From Octopus sinensis (lineage: Eukaryota), in assembly GCF_006345805.1 (NCBI RefSeq), contig NC_042999.1, forward strand, positions 111,042,001 through 111,106,000: a stretch of DNA of 64,000 bases, given 5' to 3'. Of this stretch, positions 1-12,219 are shown piece by piece (within the stretch, counting starts at the first letter, position 1; the number at the start of each line of letters is the position of its first letter). The notes beneath the pieces are model-generated. The model saw only the letters and a list, made by a program, of their open reading frames with translations, searched no databases and was not told where the DNA came from. The position numbers were made by a program, and so were the translations under genes.

Positions 1-312
1 ACACCCATGTTCATACTTCATCATCACTGAAATTACTTATTTGTCAACTCCAGAATTGTTTTCTTTCCACTATTACAGCATATACATACATATGCACACA
101 TACATACATATAAACATTCACACATATATGCACATATATACATATGTTCATGCATACGTACATACGTTCATACAAGCAATTATACATGCATATACACACA
201 CAGATATAAATATATGCATGCATACATATACATACACAGGTATAAATATATACATGCATATTTATGCACTCAAATATACCTATATGCAGATACAGATATA
301 TAGATGTATTTA

Positions 313-371
<59 letters not shown>

Positions 372-403
372 TTGACGGCAATCTATCATACAATTTTAAG
401 TTA

Positions 404-503
404 TCTACGGACGCACGTTTCGAAATCAAGTTTTTAGGAAAGCATAAGAATTAAATGTTAAATAATTCTACCTTACCCAAACTTCTTTTCTCTTCAGCGT
501 AGA
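404..503 (-). ncRNA. Type-I hammerhead ribozyme (antisense copy in the inverted arm)
   Basis: Reverse complement of the 1147-1246 motif: plus strand TCTTCAG at 491-497 and GACGCACGTTTC at 410-421. Confidence 0.8.
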
Positions 504-1146
504 ATACTATAATCATAAATGATTATATATTGAATTTTGAGATACTAGAAGGCACCAACTCAACTCAGTATCAGAGCGAGCTAGAATCCGCAACTAGTAT
601 CACCAAATTCAAAGTGTGAATGAAAGGATTGTGTCACCAGCCCCTTCCCACCCGGTGTAGCCAAAACAAGATGCTATGGTCATCTACTGAGATAAAATAT
701 GGTTATCCGTAATAATGAAGGGTGAAATTAATTAATTTGGAATAATTATCAATTACACCAAGTAGTCTTCGGCATGTAAAAGCCTCATTCGAGGAAAATT
801 AAGTAATACTAAGCAATAAAGGGTTTAGCAATTGCTTAGTATTACTTAAATTTTCCTCGAATGAGGCTTTTACATGCCGAAGACTACTTGGTGTAATTGA
901 TAATTATTCCAAATTAATTAATTTCACCCTTCATTATTACGGATAACCATATTTTATCTCAGTAGATGACCATAGCATCTTGTTTTGGCTACACGCGGGT
1001 GGGAAGGGGCTGGTGACACAATCCTTTCATTCACACTTTGAATTTGGTGATACTAGTTGCGGATTCTAGCTCGCTCTGATACTGAGTTGAGTTGGTGCCT
1101 TCTAGTATCTCAAAATTCAATATATAATCATTTATGATTATAGTAT

Positions 1147-1246
1147 TCTACGCTGAAGAGAAAAGAAGTTTGGGTAAGGTAGAATTATTTAACATTTAAT
1201 TCTTATGCTTTCCTAAAAACTTGATTTCGAAACGTGCGTCCGTAGA
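1147..1246 (+). ncRNA. Type-I hammerhead ribozyme, monomer 1
   Basis: Stem I TCTACG(1147-52)/CGTAGA(1241-46). Core CTGAAGA 1153-59. Stem II GAAA(1160-63)/TTTC(1225-28), AAGTTT/AAACTT, AGAATTA/TAATTCT. GAAAC 1229-33, loop GTGC, GTC 1238-40. Predicted cleavage after 1240. Confidence 0.85.
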
Positions 1247-1742
1247 TAACTTAAAATTGTATGATAGATTGCCGTCAATTCATTCTCTCTTACCTGTTTG
1301 TGTCTGCCTTCCAATTGCTGTGTTTTTTACTGAGATCTCCCTTTTTAGTAGAAGAAATAGCTATAACTCTTTGACTGCTATTTCTAAATTCGGTCTGTGG
1401 TAAGGCAATTCGTTGCTAAACCCTTTATTGCTTAGTATTACTTAAATTTTCCTCGAATGAGGCTTTTACATGCCGAAGACTACTTGGTGTAATTGATAAT
1501 TATTCCAAATTAATTAATTTCACCCTTCATTATTACGGATAACCATATTTTATCTCAGTAGATGACCATAGCATCTTGTTTTGGCTACACGCGGGTGGGA
1601 AGGGGCTGGTGACACAATCCTTTCATTCACACTTTGAATTTGGTGATACTAGTTGCGGATTCTAGCTCGCTCTGATACTGAGTTGAGTTGGTGCCTTCTA
1701 GTATCTCAAAATTCAATATATAATCATTTATGATTATAGTAT

Positions 1743-1842
1743 TCTACGCTGAAGAGAAAAGAAGTTTGGGTAAGGTAGAATTATTTAACATTTAATTCTT
1801 ATGCTTTCCTAAAAACTTGATTTCGAAACGTGCGTCCGTAGA
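1743..1842 (+). ncRNA. Type-I hammerhead ribozyme, monomer 2
   Basis: Identical to 1147-1246 shifted by 596 (GAAAC at 1825); cleavage after 1836. Confidence 0.85.
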
Positions 1843-2338
1843 TAACTTAAAATTGTATGATAGATTGCCGTCAATTCATTCTCTCTCACCTGTTTGTGTC
1901 TGCCTTCCAATTGCTGTGTTTTTTACTGAGATCTCCCTTTTTAGTAGAAGAAATAGCTATAACTCTTTGACTGCTATTTCTAAATTCGGTCTGTGGTAAG
2001 GCAATTCGTTGCTAAACCCTTTATTGCTTAGTATTACTTAAATTTTCCTCGAATGAGGCTTTTACATGCCGAAGACTACTTGGTGTAATTGATAATTATT
2101 CCAAATTAATTAATTTCACCCTTCATTATTACGGATAACCATATTTTATCTCAGTAGATGACCATAGCATCTTGTTTTGGCTACACGCGGGTGGGAAGGG
2201 GCTGGTGACACAATCCTTTCATTCACACTTTGAATTTGGTGATACTAGTTGCGGATTCTAGCTCGCTCTGATACTGAGTTGAGTTGGTGCCTTCTAGTAT
2301 CTCAAAATTCAATATATAATCATTTATGATTATAGTAT

Positions 2339-2438
2339 TCTACGCTGAAGAGAAAAGAAGTTTGGGTAAGGTAGAATTATTTAACATTTAATTCTTATGC
2401 TTTCCTAAAAACTTGATTTCGAAACGTGCGTCCGTAGA
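2339..2438 (+). ncRNA. Type-I hammerhead ribozyme, monomer 3
   Basis: Identical motif shifted by 1192 (GAAAC at 2421); cleavage after 2432. Confidence 0.85.
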
Positions 2439-2638
2439 TAACTTAAAATTGTATGATAGATTGCCGTCAATTCATTCTCTCTCACCTGTTTGTGTCTGCC
2501 TTCCAATTGCTGTGTTTTTTACTGAGATCTCCCTTTTTAGTAGAAGAAATAGCTATAACTCTTTGACTGCTATTTCTAAATTCGGTCTGTGGTAAGGCAA
2601 TTCGTTGCTAAACCCTTTATTGCTTAGTATAGAGAGAG

Positions 2639-2687
<49 letters not shown>

Positions 2688-2761
2688 TATAGATAGATAG
2701 ATAGATAGATAGAGAGACAGAGAGAGAGAGAGATACATATACATATTTAATTCTTATATTC

Positions 2762-3101
2762 TTTTACTTGTTTCAGTCATTTGACTGTGACCATGCTGGA
2801 GCACCACTTTTAGTCGAACAAATCGATCACAGGAGCCTAGTACTTATTCTATTGGTCTCTTTTGTTGAACTGCTAAGTTATGGGGTTGTAAACACACCAG
2901 CATCGGTTGTCAAGCAATGGTGGTGGGGGGGACAAACACACACATACATACATATATTTCCATCTGCCAGATCCACTCACAAGGCTTTGGTCAGCTCGAG
3001 GCTATAGTAGAATACACTTGCCCAAGGTGCCACGCAGTGAGACCAAACCCAGAACCATGTGGTTGGGAAGCAAGCTTCTTACTACACAGTCACTCCTGCA
3101 C
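2762..3101 (-). mobile_element. tRNA-derived SINE, family A
   Basis: Head GGCTGTGTGGTAAGAAGCTTGCTTCCCAACCACATGGTT and tail CCAGCATGG..CAGTCAAATGACTGAAACAAGTAAAA, shared with copies near 3767-4240(+), 17190-17375, 17795-18060, 26520-26815, 27470-27845 and 46045-46495. Confidence 0.75.
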
Positions 3102-3119
3102 CTATTATATATATGCATT

Positions 3120-3182
<63 letters not shown>

Positions 3183-3368
3183 ATTGTATGCATATATGCA
3201 TACATACATACATAGATATATATATATTAAATAATCGTATGCATATATATGCATACATACATACATAGTTATATATATATATATATATTAAATAATTGTA
3301 TGCATATATATGCATACATACATACATAGATATATATATATATACATACATGCATGCATACATATATA

Positions 3369-3413
<45 letters not shown>

Positions 3414-3766
3414 TATATCTATATGCATTTAGTTGTTTTTGTACACACACACATGTGCATAAGTAAAATATCAACTTCTTCTGATTAGACAGAAGTTATA
3501 TTAGCAACCAATAAACTGTCATGCAGTGAATTTGAAATATGGTATATTGTCATCTGCACTTGATGACTTTGTGAGAAATTCTACAGAAAGTATTTTAAAA
3601 CTTTGGGAAGCTATCACCAAACACACAAACACACACATACAAACACATATGCCTGAATGCATAAGTATGCATATGATGATCATCATTATTTTAATTCTGT
3701 TTCTCCCTCTGAGCAGCGCTTGAATATGTCCTTCCACCACTTCTGCTATTATCTTCTTCAGTCTAG

Positions 3767-3935
3767 TTGCAGGAGTGGCTGTGTGGTAAGAAGTTTGCTT
3801 TCCCAACCACATGGTTCTGGGTTCAGTCCCACTGAGTGGCACATTGGGCAAGTGTCTTCTACTATAGCCTTCAGCTGAAGAAATCCCTGTGAGTGAACTT
3901 GGTAGATGGAAGCTGAAAGAAGCCCTTCATATATA

Positions 3936-3975
<40 letters not shown>

Positions 3976-4240
3976 TGTGTGTCTGTGTGTGTGTCTGTGT
4001 GTCTGTGTGACTAAGTATGTATAAATATATCTATGTGTATGAGTCTTTGTGTCTGTGTTTATCACCTCTGCCACTTGACAACTGGTGTTGGTGTGTTTAC
4101 ATCTCTGTAAATTTAACAGTTCAGCAAAAAAACCTGACAAAATAAGTACCAGGCTAAAAAAGAAAACAAGCAAAAAAGCACTAGTGTTGATTCATTCAAC
4201 TAAAACTTGAAGGCAGTATCCCAGTATGGCTGCAGTCTAA
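3767..4240 (+). mobile_element. tRNA-derived SINE, family A, with internal (TG)n
   Basis: A-box/B-box-like head (GGCTGTGTGGTAAG ... GGGTTCAGTCCC); same body as 2762-3101. Confidence 0.7.
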
Positions 4241-4612
4241 TGTACACATGCACACACACACACTTACATACATACATATACAATTACATGTATTTGTCTG
4301 TGTTTGTGTGTGAATATGTATATGTACAAACATATGTTTATGTTTATATTTATATCTATGTATATATGTATATGTGTGTGTGTGTGTATATATACATATA
4401 TGTATGTATGTATGTATATGAATATTTATTTCAATGAAATATCATTTGCTCAAACACTGACTGGTACATCCTTTCTCTGACGTACCAATCTGCTATCATA
4501 TAATGTAACAAATCATTTGAAATATTAAGAAACAAGTTATTAATAACAGTATTGAAAAAAGAACTCTGCTTCCGGTATTTTAAAAATTAATAAAACACAA
4601 CTTAAAATAATA

Positions 4613-4649
<37 letters not shown>

Positions 4650-4971
4650 TTATAATAATAAAAAAATAAAATTAAAATAACAAAATCAAATATTTCAAAT
4701 TTCACCACAAAAAGAACTAACCTGCCTTACTGTTCAACCCTATAACATCCGAATTATTAATATGCAGAAAAAATTATTTTGGAATTTAAAAGCATAATTG
4801 AAAAATTCGCAACAACCAACATGTATCATAATTGCTTCCATCTAATATTGTTCTTCATGCGTGAAGAATCCTCAGAGCTCATCCAAGCTTTCAATTTTGT
4901 TGTGTTCTTCTCATAAGATTGTATTATTAGAAATGTCAAGAATTATTAACAATAGGTGTTTTAGGGTTAAA

Positions 4972-5365
4972 GTTGAAAACTGTTGGAAATAAGATATTTT
5001 CCAAGATAACATACTTGCAAACTTATGAAGTCTTACAAGAAATTAACGAATTTTGTAATGCAAATCCCATTGTGTGAGCATTAGGCGAGAGTTTTCCGAT
5101 ATGGCACCGGACTGACCAAGGCCTTGTGGATGGATTTGGTAGATGGAAACTGAAAGAAGCCTGTTTTATTGGAAAACTGTTGGAATTAAGATCTCTCCAA
5201 GATACCGTAATTTCAAAACCTAAGAAGTCTTATAAGTGAGCAACGAATATTGTAATCTAAGTCCCATTGAGTGTGCTATGTGTGATTTTCTTGTACAATG
5301 GCTCTGGACTGACCAAAACCTTTTGAGTGGATTTGGCAGATGAAAACTTAAAGAAGCCTGTTTAT
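4972..5365. repeat. Old tandem duplication of ~195 bp (unique segment + SINE-A fragment)
   Basis: AAAACTGTTGGAA..AAGAT..CCAAGATA..AAGTCTTA..CCCATTG..GGACTGACCAA..GGATTTGG..AAAGAAGCCTGTTT occurs at ~4972-5170 and ~5170-5365, diverged. Confidence 0.7.
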
Positions 5366-5399
5366 TTTTCCTGCCTTAACTTCATGTGATAGTTGTAAA

Positions 5400-5805
5400 C
5401 GAATCTTTTCTACTTTAGGCACAAGGCCCAGAATTTTTGTTGAGGGCATCAGTTGATTAGATCGACCCCTGTATGCAACAGCTACTTAATTTATCGACCC
5501 CAAATTTGAACTCAGAATGTCAAGACAGACAAAATACAACTAAGCATTTTGCCTGGCGTGCTAAAGTTTCTTATTTCTTTATTACTTACAAGGGGCTAAA
5601 CATAGAGGGGACAAACAAGGACAGACAAAGAGATTAAGTCGATTACATCAACCTCAGTGCATAACTGGTACTTAATTTATTGACCCAGAAAGGATGAAAG
5701 GCAAAGTCGACCTCAGTGGAATTTGAACTCAGAACATAACAGCAGATGAAATACCACTAAGCAATTTGCTTGGTGTGCTAATATTTCTGCCAGCTCGCTG
5801 CCTTG
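5400..5805 (-). mobile_element. Two adjacent tRNA-derived SINEs, family B
   Basis: Family-B consensus GGCGAGCTGGCAGAA..GTTAGCAC..GAGTTCAAATT..GGTCGACTTTGCCTTTCATCC..GGTCGATAAATTAAGTACCAG. Other copies near 31115, 31540, 33415-33810, 34085-35460, 41370, 46620, 50555 and 61200. Confidence 0.75.
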
Positions 5806-6443
5806 ATAGTTGTAAACGAATGCCACTGATATGCAAGTGGTAACCTTTGTTTCTAGTCTTCCATGGAAACATGTCTGGTCATGAGGAAAACTTGTAAACA
5901 GGTAAGGGTAGGTAACAGGAAGGGCATCTGGCTGTGTGAGAATCAGTCTCAATAAAATCCCTTTGACCCAGGCTAGTATGGGAAAGTGGACATTAAGCAA
6001 CGATGATGATGATATTCATGAAGATGTCAATCTTATATCACCAATTAGTCAGAGTATGAGTGGTGCTTTATGAAATGAGGTCATTGAATAAGTCAAATAT
6101 TATTCAAATATTCTTACAGATATGAGAGTGTGTGTGTGTGGTGTGTGCATGTGTGAATGTGTGTATGTATGTCTATCTACTATTTTTCTTTCTCTCTCTC
6201 TCTCTCTCTCTCTCCCTCACTCTCTCTCTCTCTCTCTCTCTCCCTCTCTCGATACACCTGCTGTTGGAGATTTCTTTTCTTTCTTCGAACTTTTTCCTTT
6301 CTCCTTTCCAACAAAGAGCCTTGCTCAAAACATCAAAAACTCTCTCTTTTCACTGAGTGTCCAACTAATACCCTCCTTGTGCACATCTCCTGTTTATTAA
6401 TTTTATTATCCATTTATTTGAACTGATTGTTTATTTGAATTGA

Positions 6444-6511
<68 letters not shown>

Positions 6512-7000
6512 TAATCTTAATTATGATCATCATTTAATGTCTGTTTACTATGCTGGCATGGGTTGGACAGTTTTACAGTTAGACAAGATCCAGCTCCAGG
6601 CCATGAAGGTCTCTAATGCTAGCTTTGGCATGGTTTACATATCTACCAACCAGTTTACAGTGTGTGCTGGGTACTTTTTGTGCTGCCATCATTAATAAGA
6701 TCAGCCAATTGCCTTGTAAAGCAAGAAATGAATAGGAAAATGGAAACAGAAAAGAATTAACACCCTCAACTATCAAGTCATTAAGAATGAAATGTCTGAT
6801 TTCATATATACCAAGTTTGACATCAGGTGTCTTGGGGAAATTTCAAACCTGTGTTCTTATTCCTAAGGTATTTTTCAATGTTGTTGTTATTATTATTATT
6901 ATTATTATTAATATTATTATTATTATTACTATTATTATTATTATTATTATTACTATTATTATTAATATTAATATTATTATTATTATTATTATTATTATTA

Positions 7001-8590
7001 CTTTTTTTTTTCTTCTTTCAAATTTGCTTCCATTTCTTGCCGCGTATCTTCCCGACTCCTAGGGCAAAGAAACTCATAGCATACATTGGTAGGCCATTAA
7101 ACCAAACTCAGTAGTTCGTTCATTTTTTTTTTTTTTTTTTAAGTTAAATTAAAATACATGAGCAGCAACAGTTCTCACATCGACAATGCTCTTCTCAATA
7201 CGTGTGATGTACCAGTTAAGACAATCTTTTGCACTTCTTGCAGGGATGGTAAGCCAGGGATCATTCTCATATAATTTTCGGTTCCCTTCTTGATCATTCC
7301 TAGTGCTCCTACGATCACTGGTATTGTAACCGCCTTGAGATGCCACATTTTCTCAATTTCAATGAGTAGGTCTTTATATTTTCTGAGCTTGTCAAACTCT
7401 TTCGCTGAGATATTATGATCACAGGGGATGCTCATGTCGATCAACAAGCAAACTTTATTGTTTTGGTCTTTCACAACAATATCTGGTTTATTGGCCTTGA
7501 TGGTTCGGTCTGTATGTACTGGAAAGTCCCACAGAATGGTTACATTTTCTCCTTCAGTTACAGCCTCAGGGTGGTGATTATACCACTTGTCGGCAGTTTT
7601 GATATTGTGATGCCGACTTATTAGCCAGTGGAGATATTGGCCAACTCTGTCATGTCTTAATTTATACTCCCCTGGTGCTAAGACTTTACATCCAGAGATT
7701 AGGTGGTCCACTGTTTCAATCATGTCGTTGCAGAATCAGCATTTTGGGTCTGCTCCATTTTTCATCACATTGGCCTGGTAGTTCCGGGTTAATAGGCTTT
7801 GATCTTGAGCAGCCAGGATGAAACCTTCGCTCTCTACTTTTAGCCCTGAGCTCCGTAGCCACTGATGGGTTTGCTTCTGGTCAACATCAGCTTGTTTGCT
7901 GCGGGTCACATATTTGCCGTGCAGAGGTTTCTCCTCCCACCTATCAGCCAATTGCTCGTGCGCTTTCTTCATTGCCATCATTTTCACCTTCTTTGCAACA
8001 ATAGTTGCCGTACTTCCCTCGAGTTGTTCAGTTTGGGTATCCTGCACGAGATCAATAGCAAATTTTTTGCTTTCCTTTATGATAGAATGAAGCTTCTTTC
8101 GTCTCTCGTGATTTTTCACAAGTTTTAGCATCCAGTCATTCGATATTTCGAGATATTTGGCCAGTCCAATTGTGGTTGTTTTGTAAGCTAGCTCAAATTG
8201 GATCAGGCCTCGACCTCCTTGGGCTCTGGGAAGGTAAAGGCGATCTACGTCTGCCTTTGGGTGGTGCATCCTATTACAACTCAGCAGCTTGCGTATTTTT
8301 CTATCTATATTCTTTACTTCACTCATATTCCAGTTCAACACATTGTAGCTATAAGTAACAACTGGAACTGCTAAGGAATTTATAGCTAACACCTTGTTAC
8401 GTGCATTTAGTTCAGATTTCAGGACTGCACGAACTCTCCTATAACATTCCTTCCTGATTTTCTCTTTCATGCTTGCATGCTGAATACCAGAGCCTTCATT
8501 TATCCCTAAATGTATGTTTGTTCTTGCTCAAGCTCTCTTATGACTGTGTCAACATCTAACACGACTGAATTTGTGGTCTTCACTCCCCCC
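7001..8590 (-). mobile_element. 5'-truncated R4/Dong-type non-LTR retrotransposon (post-RT region, CCHC, RLE endonuclease, 3' UTR)
   Basis: ORFs 7736-8470 and 7175-7723 are in one frame, separated by a single TGA. CCHC knuckle C*FCNDMIETVDHLISGC; RLE motif ILWDFPVHTDRTIKANKPDIVVKD..LLIDMSIP. The 3' end runs into (TAA)n. Confidence 0.9.
7175..8470 (-). pseudogene. R4/Dong ORF C-terminal part, 432 codons with one internal stop (7736-7738)
   Basis: 244 aa + stop + 4 codons + 182 aa, continuous frame. Confidence 0.85.
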
Positions 8591-8729
8591 CCTATTATTA
8601 TTATTATTATTCAGGTCACTGCCTAGAATCCAAGTTTGATAGTTATTAACTCTGTTTTTTCCTGACAGTTCTTTGTTTTACATCATTGAAAAGTTACATC
8701 ATTACTTTAAGAAATACAATTTATGGTGT

Positions 8730-9040
8730 TTGATTATATTGTGAGTTTTCTCTTGTAAATCAATTTTGTGGATAGATAAAAAATTCGTGTTGTTTATGAA
8801 TATAAGTTCTGTTGTGGAACCAATGCATCCTAGACAGCTTGAAATATCAATGAGGTGTTTGGTGAAGATGTGGTGAATGAGCGCACTGTATGTTGATGGT
8901 TTGAGAAGTTTTGGTCTGGTGACTTTACTCTTGGAAATCAACCCTGTAGTAGACCTAAGACCAAGGTGGAAAGTAATGAGATGGAAACTGTAGTGGAAGC
9001 TGATACATTTCAAACTACATGTGAGCTAGCAAGGTTTAAT
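8730..9040 (+). mobile_element. Degenerate mariner transposase 5' fragment (HTH region)
   Basis: Translates as ..NINEVFGEDVVNERTVC*WFEKFWSGDFTLGNQPCSRPKTKVES..VEADTFQTTCELA, typical of the mariner N-terminus. Confidence 0.75.
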
Positions 9041-9129
9041 GTACGTGTAAAGTGTGTGTGTGTATGCTATTATGGCAGGAAAAGGGAGAGAGAGAAGGCA
9101 ACATGCTCCAAAACTGGAGCATGTGACTG

Positions 9130-9420
9130 AATGCCAATTACTTGGGCTGCCAGTCTCTGGATGTGGTCAAGATTATCAGTCTGCATAGCAGTAGCACCAT
9201 TTCAGATGTAGGTGCAGTACTTCATTGTGAGCCTCACTTGAGCTTCATAGAGAGTTGACAGCTGTTGAGAGCTGAAATATCTTCAGAAGAGAAGAGCTTG
9301 TATTGAGAATGTTCTCCTATTCTATCATAAAGATCTGCTTTTGTCAGATGCAGTTGGCCTAAATGACTTGCTCTGATTGACTGCCTCACATGTTTTTAGT
9401 GGTACTTTCTTGAGCATTTT
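9130..9420 (-). mobile_element. Degenerate CR1/L2/Jockey-like LINE fragment (RT C-terminal/thumb)
   Basis: RYFSSQQLSTLYEAQVRLTMKYCTYI*NGATAMQTDNLDHIQRLAAQVIG resembles the LYKAQVRP.MEYCSHIW.GA...LD.IQ motif. Confidence 0.65.
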
Positions 9421-9679
9421 GCTGTTAAAGAGACAGTTTGCATCATTTCATTTAAAGATCAAGGTCTCCATTTATAGATTCAATGCAGATTTGGTGTGTG
9501 GTAGCATGTTGACGAAACAGTGTCAGGGAAAGTCAAGGTTATGTGTGTTATTTATATCTTTTAGATGGACTTGGCAGTCATGTTCTTTTCTTTTCTTTAT
9601 ATGTCACACATGTTCAATATTGAAGTGATTTGACTAAATTCAAAACAATTAACAACCACTATATTCCACATGGACGTCC

Positions 9680-9716
<37 letters not shown>

Positions 9717-12027
9717 GAATATGAAATTACTTCCTCTTATAAAGTAACAAATTATTCCACATTACAAGAAATATCTGAATTAGTTGAATTACTTTTGTAA
9801 TTTCTCACGTTAAAATTATTAAAAACTGGAAACTTTCAATAAATATGCAATGCATTTTACTACCAAAAAAAAGACAAAAATAAGTGAATTATATAACAAT
9901 AACCATACTTTAAAATGCCTATAGTATAACCACTACTAATCACTTCATCGTGCCATCAGATAATCAGAGATAGTTTTATAGGACAAATTGACATGCCATT
10001 AAAGATGAACTAGGCAGGGTTAATCAATGAAAATATCACATATAAAATCCACCACTACATTTATAAACAAAAACTTTAATGGGAATTTTTTATATTGCTT
10101 TCTTGAAGGAGAGAAAAGATGAAAGGCATATTTCATTATTTGTTTCATATATTTTTTGTCAGTATTTAATTAATATTTTTGATGTTGAATATTTGGAACT
10201 GCTTTTAAGCCTTAAAGTTCAACAGAGTTTCATATGAAGTATTTCAATTAGAAATAGTTAAGCTGTGGTTAATAAATTTTATGCAAGTGGCTCAGTATAA
10301 ATAATTAGCTAATGAAGGAAAGAAACATTATGAGTTGATGTCTAATAAAATTATAATCATTTTTAACAAAAGCAGGTTTCAAATAATGGACATATCTTGG
10401 TCTAATCTACAAACCCTTTTCTTCATCATTGATGTAAAAGTAATTATGATAGAATCACTAAATGAATATAGAAGATTGTATACTGATTGGTGAAAACGTT
10501 TTAGCTGCAGCAGCATTATTTTTCTTTCCACAAATACCAAATTAAAATTCTATGGAAAAAATTCTTCAATCATTGGTAAATTCAAATTCGTAGTTTTAGC
10601 ATCCAAAACACACATATGCATGCACACATTTTTCTATATACATGTATATGTTTCATTAAAAACATGGCTGAGTTCAAGTTTTATTGTTTCTATTTTAGAT
10701 CTTTTGTGGTTTCTTATTAGTTCTTTACAGTTAGTTTGTAACCGTATAGATCCTTAATTCGCATTTGATGTTTCCAGATCTTCAGTTTCATTTTCAAGAA
10801 TTGAATATATTATGCATCTGTGCTGTTTCTTATATATTGATGGAATTCAATTTGATTTACTTCTCAAAGGTTTTTGACGTTTAGCATCATATGCCAACAT
10901 TCATGTGTGGATCTGTTTGTCATGGTCTAATTTTTAACTGTTAGTTATGTCTGTAGTCATGTGTTAATTGTTTGATCTGTGTGTTGTTTATACATTGATT
11001 TTGGCATTGTATTTTATGCAGATCCAAGAACAAGCTATGAATAATCAATACAATGTATAACATTGATTGTAAAATTGGAAGATTGAAAGATACAAACTTC
11101 AGGATTCTAGCTGTTACACTGGACATACTAGTACAGCACTCTTTCATTTGCTCACCATGCACTTACAACATGAAGCTATTGTGAAAACATTATACTACAT
11201 ATCACAAGACAAAATTAGAAAATTACTAGAGGAGAATACTTACTAACGCTAACATTCCTTGCTAAAATAGAAGATTAATTATGGAAACCATGCTTGTATC
11301 ACAACACGATGACAAGATCAACACACAAACACACACATCAAAATCTTAACATATGGCTAAAAAACAATAAAAACCTAATGATCAAACAATAAAAACCTAA
11401 TTTGACCACAACAAATAAATCAAGATGAGAATGCTGATATACGAGACTAAAGATAAAAGAAAAAAATCGGTGAGAAAGTCTACATGAATTCAATTAATAT
11501 CTTTTAAGACACAACAGAAATGTCAAATGCATTCAGTTTTTGAAAATAAGACTGTGAAGGTTTAGAAATGCTGAATATAAATTTAGGAACTATATTTTCC
11601 CAAACTAACTGTAAAAAGTAATAAGAAAGTATAAAAATTCTAAAATAATAATGATCAAATTTGAGCACTGTCATGTATTTAATGAAACATGTATAAAAGA
11701 AAAGCAGTTAACCAAATATACGAGCAGAAAATTATACAATAGATATATAGATGCATGCATACACACATATATACACACATACATACATACAGACGTACAC
11801 ATGTTCACACACACATGTATGTATATGTGTGTGTGTGTGTGTGTATGTATGTGTGTGTATGCAATATTTATGTATGTGTAAACCACCCCTCCCACACACA
11901 CAAACACATTCACACACACACACACATAGAAACACTCATTACACAAAATGTTATCTATCTCATTGAAGAATGCATGTAATACAAAACTTAACTTTAGGTA
12001 TAGGCAAATTAATATCTACATTATTTA

Positions 12028-12082
<55 letters not shown>

Positions 12083-12186
12083 TATATATATATTTATATA
12101 TATATATGTACATATGTATATATATATATGTACATATGTATATATATATGTATATATGTATATATATCTGCACATATATATATCTG

Positions 12187-12219
<33 letters not shown>

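Larger units (their letters stand above)
369..2630 (+). mobile_element. Hammerhead-bearing 596-bp tandem array (3 copies + 12 bp) with a 5' inverted ~450-bp arm; retrozyme / non-autonomous Penelope-like unit
   Basis: ATTGCTTAGT recurs at 831, 1427, 2023 and 2619 (period 596). I saw one substitution between copies. 369-817 is the reverse complement of 831-1281 apart from two 1-nt indels, with a 13-nt spacer at 818-830. (GA)n flanks both sides. Confidence 0.85.
6821..8630 (-). mobile_element. Hammerhead-bearing tRNA-SINE remnant, split by a LINE inserted in its (TAA)n (SINE parts 6821-6890 and 8593-8630)
   Basis: CATCAGGTGTCTTGGGGAAATTTC..ATTCCTAAGGTATTTTTC..ATGTT(ATT)n and (ATT)nCAGGTCACTGCCTAGAAT match the contiguous copy at 45371-45500. 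Confidence 0.75.

Noticed and set aside
1221-2595. Three repeated 60-aa ORFs (MISKRAS...)
   Set aside because: TTG start, no recognisable domain, and they overlap the ribozyme cleavage site; a by-product of the tandem repeat.
831-2630. CRISPR-like array
   Set aside because: The units are 596-bp whole duplications with no unique spacers, in a eukaryotic context.
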